Below, piece after piece: positions 23,386 to 36,241 of a stretch of 64,000 nt of DNA. The stretch comes from Eukaryota sp. GEM-RC1 (Eukaryota), in assembly GCA_040285855.1 (NCBI GenBank), contig JAUFOQ010000006.1, positions 2,046,001 through 2,110,000 of the forward strand, read 5' to 3'. The translations under genes were made by a program, and so were the position numbers. The first letter of the stretch is position 1. Every line of letters starts with the position of its first letter. The notes under the pieces are model-generated. The model was not told the origin of the DNA. It made no database searches and saw only the letters and a list, made by a program, of their open reading frames with translations.

Positions 23386-25688
23386 ATGTTCATTCAGAGA
23401 CCAACACCTCGTTTTCTGTCTGTTCTGCTGCTTGTCAGTTGTTGTCGGATAGTTATAGATTCTTACGTATATTTCCTCATATACCACAGTCCAAGCTTTC
23501 TTTCTTTTCTAGCTTATCTCTTCACTTCAACCCTCTTCAGCCTTATTCTCTACTTTTTGATATCATGTTCGATGTTTCTCATATCCTCAGTCATCCCTCT
23601 TCCCTCTATCGCTACTTTCACTGGATCCTTCTACTTCTACACCTCCTTCTTCTTGTCAGGACCCATCATTCACTACTACTGTATCGACATTGGAGGGTTT
23701 CCCTTTTCCCCTGTCACTTTCTCTCTTTTTGTCTCTGATTTTGCTACGTTAGTGTCTGCTTTCCAAGATGCTATGTCTATCCTAATGGACGGATCCACCG
23801 ATCTCTTTCCGATAATTCTTGGCATCATTTTTGTTTTTGGTTTTTTCATTTCTTTAGGTTTTTCCATTGGAAGATGGGTAAACGTGTTGTAGCGTGGTTA
23901 AAAACACGTTCAAAGAAACGTTGGGGTGTGGGTGTGTGTGTTTTTGTTATCTTTGGACTTTTATTTATTAGTGTTGTTACGTTTCCCGATTTGAAACCCT
24001 TCGAAAATTATTGGTTTCGAAATTTAAAATTAGATATTTCAAAAGAAGATTTAGTAAAAAGTGGTAAAATTCTCCGAGACTTCTTTCCACTTCCCCCCAA
24101 CCGATACTATCTCTCGGAAGAGTTCCCTTTAATTCACGGATCTTTAGCCACTTACTGTGGTCTTCATCCGGAATCAGAAAGGTGTAGTCAAAAGAACTTA
24201 GATTTTGAGAGAAAAGTAATGGAGAAAGACAAAGAGGTCGAACGTCCAGACATCTTTTTGATCTCTTGGGAATCGCTTTCTGGATCATATCTACCAATGA
24301 CACGTCATCCACAGGTGTTAAACGCAACTCCTGAATTATTTAAAAATTTCAAAGATCATGGTGTCTTCTACCATGAGTGTGTTGTCAGTGGCTCTCCTTC
24401 TGCAAACTCTCTTTGGACTACTGTCTTCATGGGACCCTCGCTACATAAGGCAAACTTTCTACAAACTGACTATGTAAACATGGATTCATTGTATTCATTG
24501 ATGAAAAGAACAATATCTGATTATGTTGTTTCCTTTGTTAGTACAGCGAACCCTCCTTATGACAGGCAGAATATGATTTTGGATCAAAATTTGGAGTATT
24601 TAGATGAAATATATTTTAAATATGAAAATGGGGAAAATTATGATGATGATTATTACGGAGGTGTGGATAAGAATAGATTTGCTAGATGGAATAATGACCG
24701 AATTTTGATTGAACAAGCTCAATCACGATTAAAACATTTAAACCAAAAATTTAAAAATAGGCCAATATTCCAACAACTAATCTCAATGTCTACTCATATA
24801 GACTTTTCTACACTGGACAAGCCTCTTCCAGGTGAGGAACCTTTCCCCACTGAAAAAAGAGATCGTTATATTAGAGCTCTCCAATATTCTGACAAGCATT
24901 TGATTGGTAATCTTGTCGATCACCTTAAATCGCGTGAACGAGGTAACAACACTGTCGTGATTGTGATTGGAGATCACGGAGCTTTTGGACAGCAACTCGG
25001 CTACGATTGTGATTGTCCCCGACAACCTTTTGATGGAGATCAAGTCTTCTACACCACCGCTACACTCTTGTTTTTCGGTTCTCCTGAACAACGAGCTAAA
25101 CTGGGCATCCCAAAACCTGGAACCGTTGACTACACTCCCTGTACGAACTTGGACATTGTAGCTACCATTGTAGACTTGGCTGGGGGTTCGTATGAGACCA
25201 CTAGTTCTTTAGGTAGAAGCCTTCTCAATCCTCACATGGACAAATCTAAGAAGAAAACAATCTCAATGACACAGTCGTATGCTGAGCTTGGTCTTAGTGA
25301 TATAATTGTTCGAATGAATTGGCTTAAGACGCGTAGTGTTTCTTTAATGAGGCCACATCCTACTTACTTTAATGAATCCTATGTTTTTGTTAGTGATGAA
25401 CATTTCTCGTTCATTGAAGAAGTTGCAGATGCTTGGCACAATTTGGTATTTGCTGATAAAGTTTGGAATCCAAAGTTTATTGGTCGAAAACCTAAGAAAT
25501 CAGTGTCGTCGAGGTCATTCTTGCCATTTGGGTATATTTTGATCTCTTCAGTTTTTTTGATTCTTCTTGCTATTGAATCTGTCTTAAAGGCTGGACTTTA
25601 TTTAATTTATCGTAAGCAAGGTCTGGAAATTGAAAAGCAGGGCTTAATTGAGGAACTGGAATATTTAAAGAGAGAAGATATTGTTTAA
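23386..25688 (+). CDS. LtaS/YejM-like membrane-anchored alkaline-phosphatase/sulfatase superfamily enzyme
   Basis: N-terminal TM helices, then FLISWESLS, SGSPSANSL, STHIDF, LQYSD and NTVVIVIGDHG; C-terminal TM helix; one A missing near 23880. Confidence 0.72.
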
Positions 25689-25908
25689 AATTTGTGATTT
25701 GTTTCTTTTTTTTAAAAAGAAAATTTGTTTAACGCTTCACTGTTTTAGTTTTCGAAAAAAATGTTCTAAGCAAATGTTTAAATTTTGTTTTTTAGAACAT
25801 CCATTCTCTGTGAAAAAGTTATCTCTTTTTCCTTCAATAAATTATCTTTTATAATTTGGTCAAATAATTTGAATTTCTAAAAGACTGCTCGATAAACTTC
25901 GTCTCTTT

Positions 25909-27349
25909 CTATTTTTTCCTACATTCTTTTCCAATCCTCAATGAACCAAAGAACGCAATCGCCAACATTCCAGTCATTGTGAAAAACGCCCAAGAGCTCT
26001 TCTCAATCATCGAAAACACTCCAAACAAATTAGGTCCAATCAAACCTGCAACACCGCTAGCAAAGAAGATCCAAGAATAAACCATTGCAAAGTTAATCTG
26101 TCCGAATAAATCAGTAATTAACACTGGCATAATAGAATACATACTACCATAAAGTGATGAAATGACAAACGACAATGAAATTAGAGTAACAGGATAAGCA
26201 CAAAAGCCAAACAAAGGCCAGAATACACACACACTGACAACCCACTGCCAGTATCAAAGTAGCACTGGCGCCAATAGAATCTACAACTCTGCCAAACAAT
26301 ATTCTACCCAACCCATTACCAATATTAAATCCAAAGGCAGCGCTAAGGAAAGTAAACCTAGTGATTTCTTCTGAGGAATAGCCAGATTCTTCAAGATAAG
26401 GCTGAGGGAACAATCGAAGAGCACCAATGAACATGAAACCTGAAGAAGTGGCGATGATCATGATTATGAAGATTAGCCAGAATTTCCACTCAGCAAACAT
26501 CATCTTCAAAGTCATCAAAATGATTGGTTTCTGTGGAACATCGACAGTGATTTCAGTAATCACTTCAACATCTGATTTTGATATACGAGCTGATTGACAA
26601 TCAGAATTTGATTCAGTCATTGTGTGATCCCCATCAATCACAATCAGCTCCTGATTACTAACATGACCTACACCTTCAGCAACGTTCTCATGAACATCTT
26701 CATGTTTCTCCTCAATTTGTTCATCTTCGTTGTCAACTTGCTTTGCTTCGACATCTCTTGCCGGCACCATGAACAACCCAGCCAAGAGCACTCCAAAAGG
26801 AGCAGACAGTCCAAAGATCTGGAAGACTCTCCCAGGAGGATGGCCATTGGTTAAGAAAGCTTCGGCAATGAAACTCCAGAGGATGGATCCAGAACCAAAG
26901 ACTCCCACAGCGAAACCAGTGATTAGCCCCTTGTTCTTAGGGAAGTAAGAGGTAGAAACACGGATGGCAACGAGGTAAGAGAGACCGACCCCTGAGGAGC
27001 AAATGATGGAGATTCCGATGAAGACAATGTAGAAGTTAGTTCCATCTTTGAGAGAGGCAAGATTATACCCGATGAGTAGCAAGAAGAAGGAGCAAACTGT
27101 AAGGAAACGATAAGACAAGCGACGGACGATGATTCCAGAAGCAATACAAGACAAGCCAATCATGAAGGTGGCTACTGCCCAAGTAAACTGAGCTGTGGAG
27201 GATGTCCAGCCAGCATCAACTAGAAAGGGAATTACACTAGGAAGACTGTAATTGATACCAAGACAGATCTGGAACACAACAAAAGCCACAAAGACAATCC
27301 AACGACGTTTCTCTAGAGTTGATTGTAACGTGGATGATGACAACATCAT
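25909..27349 (-). CDS. MFS transporter, oxalate:formate antiporter (OFA/MCT)-like
   Basis: YFPKNKGLITG..VFGSG, NGLGRILFGRVVD and DLFG motifs; frameshift in a GT repeat near 26228. Confidence 0.85.
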
Positions 27350-27403
27350 TTGAGATGAGAGAAGAATTGGATGTAAATCCCATCCTCTTAATCCCATTTG
27401 ATT

Positions 27404-28817
27404 ATGTTAGATATTGTTATCCGAAACGGCACCATTGTCACGGCCCAGAACTCATTCAAAGGTGACATTGGAGTTCTTAATGGTAAGATAGATTGTGTTG
27501 CTACAAAACTTGATGTTCCCGCCAAGCGAGAGATCGATGCTACTGACAAACTTATTCTACCCGCCGCCATTGATTGTCACACACATCTGGAAATGCCCTT
27601 TGGTGGTTTGTTGTTTTGCTAGTTTTACTCATCTCATGCACTATATCTGCTGATACTTATTTCACGGGTACGCGTGCTGCACTTTGTGGAGGTACTTCTA
27701 TGGTAATCGATTTTGTCATCCAGCAAAAAGGAGAAAGTCTGTCTGATGCTCTTGAAAGACGAATGAAATTGGCTGTACCACAAGCTGCATGTGATTATGG
27801 TTTTCATATTGCCATTACCGACGCAACCCCAGAGGTCATTGCTGAAATGGGAGAACTTGTCAAAAAGGAGTCACCTCTTTCAAGGTTTTCTTCGTTTACA
27901 GAAAAGAAGGACTAATGATTAGCGATGATGGCAAATTTGTCCAACTAATGGCAGCTGCTCAGAAGGTTGGAGCAAGAGTGTCACTTCATGCTGAAAATGT
28001 CGGTATCCTTGAATCCAATCTTGAACAAATGGAGAGAAACAATGAACTAGCAGATCCTTACAATCACTATCGTTCTCGAGATGAGATTTGTGAACTGGAG
28101 GCTGTCAAAAGAGCTCTCTATCTTGCTGACACAGCAAACACTCCTTTGTATATTGTACATTTGGCCGTTGGAGAAGGTGTCGATGAGTTTGTTCGTATGA
28201 GAGCACAGAAAGGACGCTTGGATCTTGTTGCTGAAACATGTGCCCAGTATTTGGCTTTCAATCGAGATGTCTACAAAAGAGAAGATGCTCGCAATTTCAT
28301 ATGTTCTCCTCCTATTAAGGCTCAAGAGTCCCAAGACATGCTCTGGGAAGGTATCCGCAAGGGAATCATCTCAACAGTTGCGTCTGATCATTGTCCTTTC
28401 CAATCATATGAGAAGGATTGGGGTAAGAACGATTTCAGGAAAGTTCCCAATGGTTTATGTGGACTGGAAAATACGTATCCGTTTATGTTGTCAGAGGCCA
28501 ATAAGGGAACCATTTCTTTTAACAAAGCGGTTGAAGTATGCTCTACTAACGTAGCCAAGGAGTTTGGTATTCCTAACAAGGGAGACATTGTTCCTGGCTT
28601 TGATGCAGATTTTGTTATTTATGACCCCACTATTGACTTCACTGTCACTCTCGATTCTATGCATTCCAATGTTGATCATACTGTATGGGAGGGTGTTAAG
28701 CTTAAAGGGTACCCCATCATGACCTTTTCCAGAGGTGTCTTGTCTTTTGACCATGGAAAGTTTGTTGGTGAGCAAGGCCATGGAAATTTTGTTGAACGTA
28801 TTCCTTTCAATTGGTAG
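27404..28817 (+). CDS. hydA: Dihydropyrimidinase / D-hydantoinase
   Basis: IDCHTH, GGT, SFK (after restoring one A near 27862), HAEN, YIVH, CSPP, SDHCPF and PNG motifs; intron near 27606-27637. Confidence 0.93.
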
Positions 28818-28889
28818 TACAGTTTTGAATAGAAGGTTGTTTGTAATAAATATTGAAAATTTGTGGAATTTTATGACTGGTTGATGGTA

Positions 28890-29539
28890 ACAACTCAAAA
28901 CCGTAAATTAATTTCCGTAATAAAATATAGCCGTAAATTAATTTTTGAAATACATTGTACTGTACTTTTTTGTAATCTGAAACTGTAAATTAAATTCCGT
29001 AATTTATCATACGGCAATAAATCACGTCCGGGAAGCGTTGAATGCATCTAATGCTGAATGTTGTCATTTCAATACATTGTACTCCAAACTTTTGCTCAAA
29101 CAATACATCATAATATCAAACTGCCAGGAATCGTGTGTGATGGTAATCATTTGAGACTTGATCTTTCTGCTTAGCACACCGTCGTTAATGTTAGAAACTT
29201 CAAACATAATGTCAGACGCATGTTTAATTCTCTCATGAATCTTGGATTAATCGACTTCCCACTGTTCTGATAGATTGACCGACTGTCATGTGTAGAAAAG
29301 AGATCCCTTATGTGTATGATTTCCTGAAGGAATGATATCAGAGCTATCATGTTGGGTGCAGAAGTGCGGTATGGTAACGTGCTTTTTGCTATAGATTTTG
29401 ATTTGTATTGATTTGATTGGAAACATATTCCGTAATGTTCAAGTTCCATAAATTAATTCCGTTATTCTCAATTTACGGTATTTTATGGAACCAAAATTGA
29501 AAATGAATTTACGAGGAAATTAATTTTTAGACAGCCCTG
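28890..29539. mobile_element. Decayed hAT-like MITE, right end only clear
   Basis: Repeated CCGTAAATTAATT subterminal motifs and a right end GACAGCCCTG similar to other CAGGG-type TIRs here; no left TIR or TSD found. Confidence 0.45.
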
Positions 29540-29564
29540 ACTGATAGATATAATTGTTTTGTTT

Positions 29565-31540
29565 TTCATCCATTTGATACGTCACTTTATGGTAATATTG
29601 GTCCTTCAGCACAAGAGTTTTTAGTCTCTTGAAAATTGTGTTCAGAGTATGGAAAGGTGTTCAATGCGGGATGCTGGCTATCAAGAATGACTTTTGCTTT
29701 GTTTCGGTCGATGTTTAGATATTTCAGTTCTACTTTAGCTAAATCCTCTTTCAGTGTTTTTTATGGTACTTCCTCAGATCTTGTTTACAATTCTTTCACT
29801 TTGTCTTCTCAATCAGGAGTCAAGCAAGGAGATCCATTGGGGCCCTTCTTTTCTGCTTGGCCATTAACCCCATTTTACAATTTCTCAAAAAGAAGTATGA
29901 AGATTTGGAAATTGTTGCTTACATGGACGACATTTCGTTAATTGCACCAAAGTCTACTTTGGAAAAAGTTGCATCGGAAGTTTCTATTTTGTATAAGGAA
30001 ATAGGCCTTGAACTCAACATTGCTAAATGTTTTATAATTGCTGATCATCTAGAAGAACTGGTAATTGATGATATTAATGTCCCTTTCATTAATTATCGTT
30101 CATCTGGCTTTCGTTTTCTTGGTTGTTAGCTCTAGAAAAACACTTGAAGTTCTTTCTGCTGAAAGTTTGTTATTCTGGCAGAATCACCCATCTTTTACGA
30201 TCTCTGGTCCCTGAGTTATCAATTGATTTCTGTCGGGCTTTCAACAAAATTAGAACAGAATTCTTGGCTTATCTTTTGCAAGTCAACCCGAATTTATTGA
30301 AAAATCATATTTTTTCTAATGTCAATTTAGGTGGAATAGGGTTTACAAGTTCTAGATACTGGACAAAAGCTGCTTTCACTGGTGGAGGGAAAAACTTCAT
30401 ATTTGAATTTAGTCAGAGATATCCTGACAAATTGTGTCTTCTAGAATCTGTAAACAGTTTCTATTTGAATAGTCTTCGTAAAGAAGTCAGTTCACTTAGT
30501 CCAGAAGTTTGGTCCACTTGTTTTCCGAGAGAAATTCAAATATCCCAGAAAGAAGTTTGGTTTCTTTAAGGTTTGGTCTAAAAAAGCTTCAGCATCATCT
30601 TTCGAAACATTTTGAAAGTTTGGATTTTGTTGTTCGCATTAGCTCGGCTAAACAAACTAATCCTACTTTCGCTAATTTTCTGTTAGATTTACAGGATAGT
30701 TTTGTATCAGTTTTCCTCAATCAAATTCCGCAAATTTACGGATTGTTACTAGATGATCATCAGTGGACCACAACAATGCGTTTAAGATGCTTTTTAGGCC
30801 TCATAATCTACCCAATGATTGTTACTGCAAATGTGGACAATTGGTAACGTTGTCTCATACATTTTCATGTTCACATTACATAACTTATCGATCTGCTATC
30901 CATGACCCTGTACGCGATCAGCTACATGCCATGTGCAAATCTTACAAAATTGAATCCTTCATTGAACCTTTGCTGGGATCTCTTGACATCAATCAGCATT
31001 CCAAAAAAGACAATTCTTGTGGGCAAAGACGTGCTGACTTGATTATACCTTCATCTTCTGAATCTCTGACCGTTATCGATGTTGTTTCAGTGGATGTTTG
31101 CAAAAAAAGTTGTAACAAGTTTGTTAAAGGAAATCTCACCTTTAGACATTGCTGAAAATAACAAGCAAAGAAAGTATGCTGATCCTTTGAAAGACCTGGA
31201 AACACATTGTCCATGTTGAATATTCACTTGTCCCATTTGCGACTTCCGTATATGGTAGATTATGCAAATTAGCCTTGAAGTTCCTTGATGAATTTGCAAA
31301 GGTTGTAGCTCGTAGAACCAACAACATATTTGATCGTTCTTCTTGGCAGAACCGAATTGTCTTTACCATTCCTTTTTTTTATTTTCGAATAAAAAACATC
31401 TTACACAAAAAAAACTTTAGCTAAATTGTTTGATTCTAGTCAGATGGAGTTTAGTTCAGATACTTTAACTAGTGTCTTCTAGTTTTGGTTAGTGTACATT
31501 GTACGTGGTAAGTTGGTGCCTTCAAATAAAATTATTTTTT
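29565..31540 (+). mobile_element. 3' fragment of an RLE retrotransposon (subfamily related to 56335-58215), split by a nested insertion
   Basis: Joining 29744 to 31427 gives ..YGNIGP..WLSRMTFALFRSMFRYFSSTLAKLFDS..DTLTSVF*, homologous to ORF 56391-56660. Confidence 0.75.
29745..31414 (+). mobile_element. 5'-truncated RLE non-LTR retrotransposon, poly(A)-tailed
   Basis: GVKQGDPLGP, YMDD, CxC..H..C, HDPVRDQL and RRAD motifs; A8 tail; 12-bp TSD CTTTAGCTAAAT at 29733-29744 and 31415-31426. Confidence 0.9.
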
Positions 31541-31626
31541 GCTTTGATGTCCTAAATGAAAAACTGATTTCGAAAAAACAAAACAAGGCAATTCAAATAC
31601 AAGTTAGTGTATATACAATAAACAAA

Positions 31627-32437
31627 TTAAACTGCACACCAGCCACCGTCAACGGCTACACTGACACCAGTTACATAACCAGATTTTTTGGAAGCAAAGA
31701 ACAAAATTGACGAATCCAATTCACCTTCATCTCCAATTCTCTTCATAGGGATTTTGGCACTGAAAGCGGCCTTAATTTCTTCTTGTTCGAGAAGGGGTTC
31801 AGTGAGCTCAGACATGAAAGGTCCAGGACAGATGGCGTTGGCAGTAACGTTATGTTCGGCCCATTCTGCTGCAAGGGAACGGGTCATGTTGACAACGGCT
31901 CCCTTGGTAGTGTGATATGCAAGACTAGTAGCTCCTCCAACAAGACCGGCGATGGAAGAAATGTTAACAACACGTCCGTACTTCTGCTCAATCATCATGG
32001 GGGCAAACGCACGACAAACCTTAAAAACAGAGGCAACGTTTAGGTCATGTAAGAAGTTCCAGTCGTCATCAGTGGTTTCGACACAGGTAGAGCCAGCTAA
32101 GCCACCAGCATTGTTGACAAGGATATGGACAGTACCGAAGTCTTCCTTGATCTTCTTGGCTACTTCATTAACCATTTCAGTGGAAGTAACATCACACTTG
32201 TAGGGTTCACATTTGACACCAAGCTTACGGATGTCTGCAGCAATGGCTTCAAGTTTACCCTCTCTACGGGCGAGAAGTGCTATATCGGCTCCTTTCCTGG
32301 CCATAGCCAGAGCCATTTGAACACCAATACCAGAACTGGCACCAGTCACAACAGCGACATGGCCGGAAAGATCAAAAACATCCTGATGTGAGTTGTAAGA
32401 GAGACGAACAAACAATAGCAGTGTTGTCGGTCAGCAT
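31627..32437 (-). CDS. Classical short-chain dehydrogenase/reductase (31-nt intron at 32383-32413)
   Basis: TGASSGIG, NNAG, YHTTK, NAICPG and VDGG motifs; exon 1 MLTDNTAI. Confidence 0.92.
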
Positions 32438-32874
32438 TTGTCTGATAATAATGGCTTGCAGTTCTCGAAGTGCTAAATAAGCAAAAGCTCATAAATGTCT
32501 CATAAAGTTTTGAGCGAGTTGCCGTTTGTCAAGAGGTTTTACAACGTTCGAATCATAGTAACTCTTACCAAGCAATATGCGTTTTACATTGTCAGTCTGT
32601 ATAATGACATTTGATTCACGATGTAGACAGCGGTCTGTTCTCTTTAGATAAGATTGAAGATTGGTTTTATGTGCAATCCACTGTGGCTTCTTAACAGATT
32701 TCAATGTCTACTGAACACGATGTCTACACTACTTTTTTCTTCATGTGGAGCAAAAACAGTAAGACTTTGTCGAAATTGGCTTTGTTGTTTTGATTATCAG
32801 ATAATCTGACACCACGTTTAATGTATTTTGTCGTAGACCTTGTTTAATTTAGTTGCCGCAAATAAAATTAAGAT

Positions 32875-32915
32875 AATACAATAGAACTCAATATGATATT
32901 GAGTTCTATTGTATT
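32875..32915. repeat. Perfect 20-bp inverted repeat with 1-nt spacer
   Basis: AATACAATAGAACTCAATAT-G-ATATTGAGTTCTATTGTATT. Confidence 0.9.
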
Positions 32916-32929
32916 GTATTTACCTTGAC

Positions 32930-34035
32930 AATATCATTAAAGCAACAATTCATTGCCATTAAAAGATACGTCAGCTTCTTCATAAAAAAATACTGAGAGC
33001 TAATAGAGCTTTTGACATCATAATAGGAATTGTTTTAAATATTGTAAAAACAATACGATTCAACCAAAACTTAAAATCAAAATTCTGGTTCATTCTTTTT
33101 TTGACAATTAAAAAAACCAAATACACGTTGTTCATAAATACCATCCTTTTTCCCTTTTATATAATTTACCATTATTGCTAAATTTCCGATATCATAATAA
33201 TACTTGATATAAACCTGACAACTTTCACAAAATCAGAGAGAAAACAAAGATCATCAACCATAAAATGAAATTGCAAAAGTACATAATTTGTACTCAACAT
33301 GCCTTGTATGTTTGAGAGCAGTCAAGGGAACATCATATTTGTTTCTCGTGTATTGTTCTGAAAAGTCAAGATGTGACAGTTCATCTTTAGCATCTTTAAA
33401 CACACATTTTTTGTAAACATCCACTTTTATCACATCTATAACCGTTAGTTCATCATTGATTGATGAATCGATGGCATCAGGTCTTCTTTTACCAAAAGTC
33501 TTATCAGAATCACTATTTTTTAAATTATTGATTTCCAGTGATCTCAACAGTGACTCAACGAAAGATTCAATTTTGTAGGACTTACACATATCATGAATTT
33601 GATCTCTGACAGCATCATGAATGCAAGTACTATAAGTAATGAAACGTTTGCAACTCAAAAGGTGAGACAAAATATCTAATATACCATAGTTACATTGAAG
33701 ATCATTAGGTAAATTTGAGGGCCACAAGAAACATCGATGTCTTAATGTTGTGATCCATTGATGATCATTCAACAACAATCCATAAATCTGTGGAATTTGG
33801 TTAATCAAAGCAATTGAAGAACTGTCCTTCAAATCGTTTAAAAAATCTGCGAGTGGATTTTTTCTTTGGCCGAGCCAAGTCGAATCTTAAAATCCAGACA
33901 CTCAAACTGTTTTAAAAGGTGGTTTTGGAGTTTCTTAAGAGCATATTTTAAATTAGTGATACATCGTTCTGGTATTTCACAAATGTCAGCTGGAAAACAA
34001 GTTTGCCAAATGTCAGGTGAAATTGGCGACAATTA
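32930..34035 (-). mobile_element. Decayed RLE non-LTR retrotransposon, 3' part
   Basis: QIPQIYGLLL, HDAVRDQI and KRRPD motifs, homologous to the copies at 7.8-10.4 kb and 29.7-31.4 kb. Confidence 0.85.
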
Positions 34036-34679
34036 TGATCTCAAATTTAAACACTACTACAGTAGTAGTTGCTGGAAAGAACATAAAGTTAATGTACCTG
34101 TATAGTTTTTCGTGGTAGTACAAATCTCAAGTGGAATTGATTACAAAGATGACACAATCCAATTGACGTATCACATTCAATTATCTGGACCTTTTGGACT
34201 AAGATTTCTTCATCTTTTCAAAAATTGTGTAAACATTATGAGAACAATTTGATGTGAACATCTTTTGATTAATACATGATGGTATAGTGACAATATTTAT
34301 CACACAAAAAAGAAATGTTCGAACCCTTTCGTCAATACGTTAAATTAATGTACCAAAGGCAGGAAATTGAAATACGAGATCGTATTTCACCCTAAATTGA
34401 CATCTGGTTTTGCGTATGTCTGATGAACTGTTACATTGATGAATTCATGATATTCCAGAAAACACTACTTTGTAACATTTAAATTTATCTTAAATTCCCA
34501 AAACTTCAAACCGGTGGAACTTCGTGATTACTTCTTGTTTATTTAAGAATAAGGTTGTTATCAAGACGTTTAAAATCCAAATCTTTCGAGAACAAATGCA
34601 ATTGTTCCTTCTAGAGAACACCCATTTTTAAGGCCACAAGAATACAAATTCTTTAATTGAGATGGTGGAGAATGTATAA

Positions 34680-35070
34680 GAGTTTATTTACAACATTAAA
34701 TTAATACATACTAATTCAGATATTGAAAGAAGTTAAATTCTCCTCATCAACACGAGAATTGTCCCTATACAACTTCGAATATATGGAACATAAGTACTTG
34801 GAAATGCTTTTATGAAGAGCGAACATAATTCGATTAATCCATACAGCGCTATTAAACAGGTGGAGAATTAATAATTTAAATTGCATCAATGATTTCGTAT
34901 CACTGGGAGAAACTTCATTTTTAGCATCTTTAAATACATTTTGATTTATCAACTGTCAGTTCATCATTGACTGATGGACCAATGACTTCTTTTTCCGAAA
35001 GTCTGCAGAATTGCTAATTCTGAAATTTGTCATCTCAAGTGATTCCCACAATGGCTGAACAAAAGAATAA
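34680..35070 (-). mobile_element. RLE retrotransposon 3'-end fragment
   Basis: FKDAKNEVSP and WINRIMFALHK, similar to the C-termini of the other copies; AATAAA near 34683. Confidence 0.65.
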
Positions 35071-35179
35071 TCAGTAAAAGAACATTATTCGGATTCGTCA
35101 CAGTTTAAGAGCCTCTGATGCCACATAATTGTTTCGAATTTTCTCAACACTTTTCCTTTGATAACCACTCCACCAAGAG

Positions 35180-35453
35180 ATGAGTTCTCAGTACAACTTC
35201 CCCCCTTATTGTTCACAGTGAACTTGGTGATATAGAAGAAGATGTTGTTGAACTTCTTGTCAACGCTTTCGAAAAATATCCTACTGCTCTTGATAACGCT
35301 GCCAAATTGGCCAAAGAATCGCTTGATACCAAGTTTGGAGCATCTTGGAACGTTTGTCTCGGCCATTTCAACTTCACTATCGAACACCAACAAGGAAATG
35401 TTCTCTTTCTCTACATAAACGGTACGATAGGTGCTCTGCTCTTCAAATGTTAG
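35180..35453 (+). CDS. DNAL4: Dynein axonemal light chain 4 (LC8-like)
   Basis: Missing from the ORF track. Removing one C from the run at 35200-35205 gives MSSQYNFPLIVHSELG..AFEKY..AAKLAKESLDTKFGASWNV..LFLYINGTIGALLFKC*. Confidence 0.85.
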
Positions 35454-35503
35454 TCTCTCCTCCTTGCATCACTTTTTCTATGTGTATATTACGTCATTTA
35501 CAT

Positions 35504-36172
35504 TTAAATTTCTTGTATTTTACTGAATAAATTTTGTCGGATAGACGGCATTTGTTGATGAACCGCTTCCCACAATCTGTACTTTAAAGTATTTACACAA
35601 CGAATCTTTCCACCTCTTGATCGAACAACAACACCGCCAATATCTTCATCTCGATTTAGAGATTTTGTACCATCAATCGAGGCAGTAATAGTCTTTTTGG
35701 TTTTTGTTTCATAATTGGAACATGCTTCATCCAACAAAGTTTCTACAAGGGGGATGTCGTCCTCCACACACACCACAGAGACCTCCGTTGAGTCCAGTGC
35801 AAAAAAACACTGTTCAAGAAGGTCTGTTAACACTGATTTGTACTGAGATTCAGTTTCTATGAGCTGAAAGAGTTTGTCACTGAGAGAGTTTACAAGTGTA
35901 TCTGAAACAAGCTCATCCTGTTTCTGTAGTATCTTAAGTTTGCATTCAGAAAGTTGCTTGGAACGAAGAACTTTCTGTTCCTGATCTATGGTCTTCAATT
36001 TCCTGTTGTAGCCATCTTTGATCAAGATTCTAGCTTCTTCAATTGTTCTGAGCATTCCAGTATTACATTCTTCTTCGGCTTTGACGAGAATTTCATTAAC
36101 CTTATCTTCAGCTCCACTTTTGATGAAAGACAGCATTTGTTGTATCTGTCGATTAGCTTGAGTTGTGTCCAT
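35504..36172 (-). CDS. ATP6V1E: V-type ATPase subunit E
   Basis: QIQQMLSFI..AEDK..EI..KAEEE, GGV and I.CVNTL..RL motifs. Confidence 0.92.
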   Translation of the reverse strand: MDTTQANRQIQQMLSFIKSGAEDKVNEILVKAEEECNTGMLRTIEEARILIKDGYNRKLKTIDQEQKVLRSKQLSECKLKILQKQDELVSDTLVNSLSDKLFQLIETESQYKSVLTDLLEQCFFALDSTEVSVVCVEDDIPLVETLLDEACSNYETKTKKTITASIDGTKSLNRDEDIGGVVVRSRGGKIRCVNTLKYRLWEAVHQQMPSIRQNLFSKIQEI

Positions 36173-36241
36173 TTTATAGGGATTGGGGATTTAAGTAAGA
36201 GGTTTGGGGTGGTAGATTTAGTCTGAAAAAATTTCCTCATC

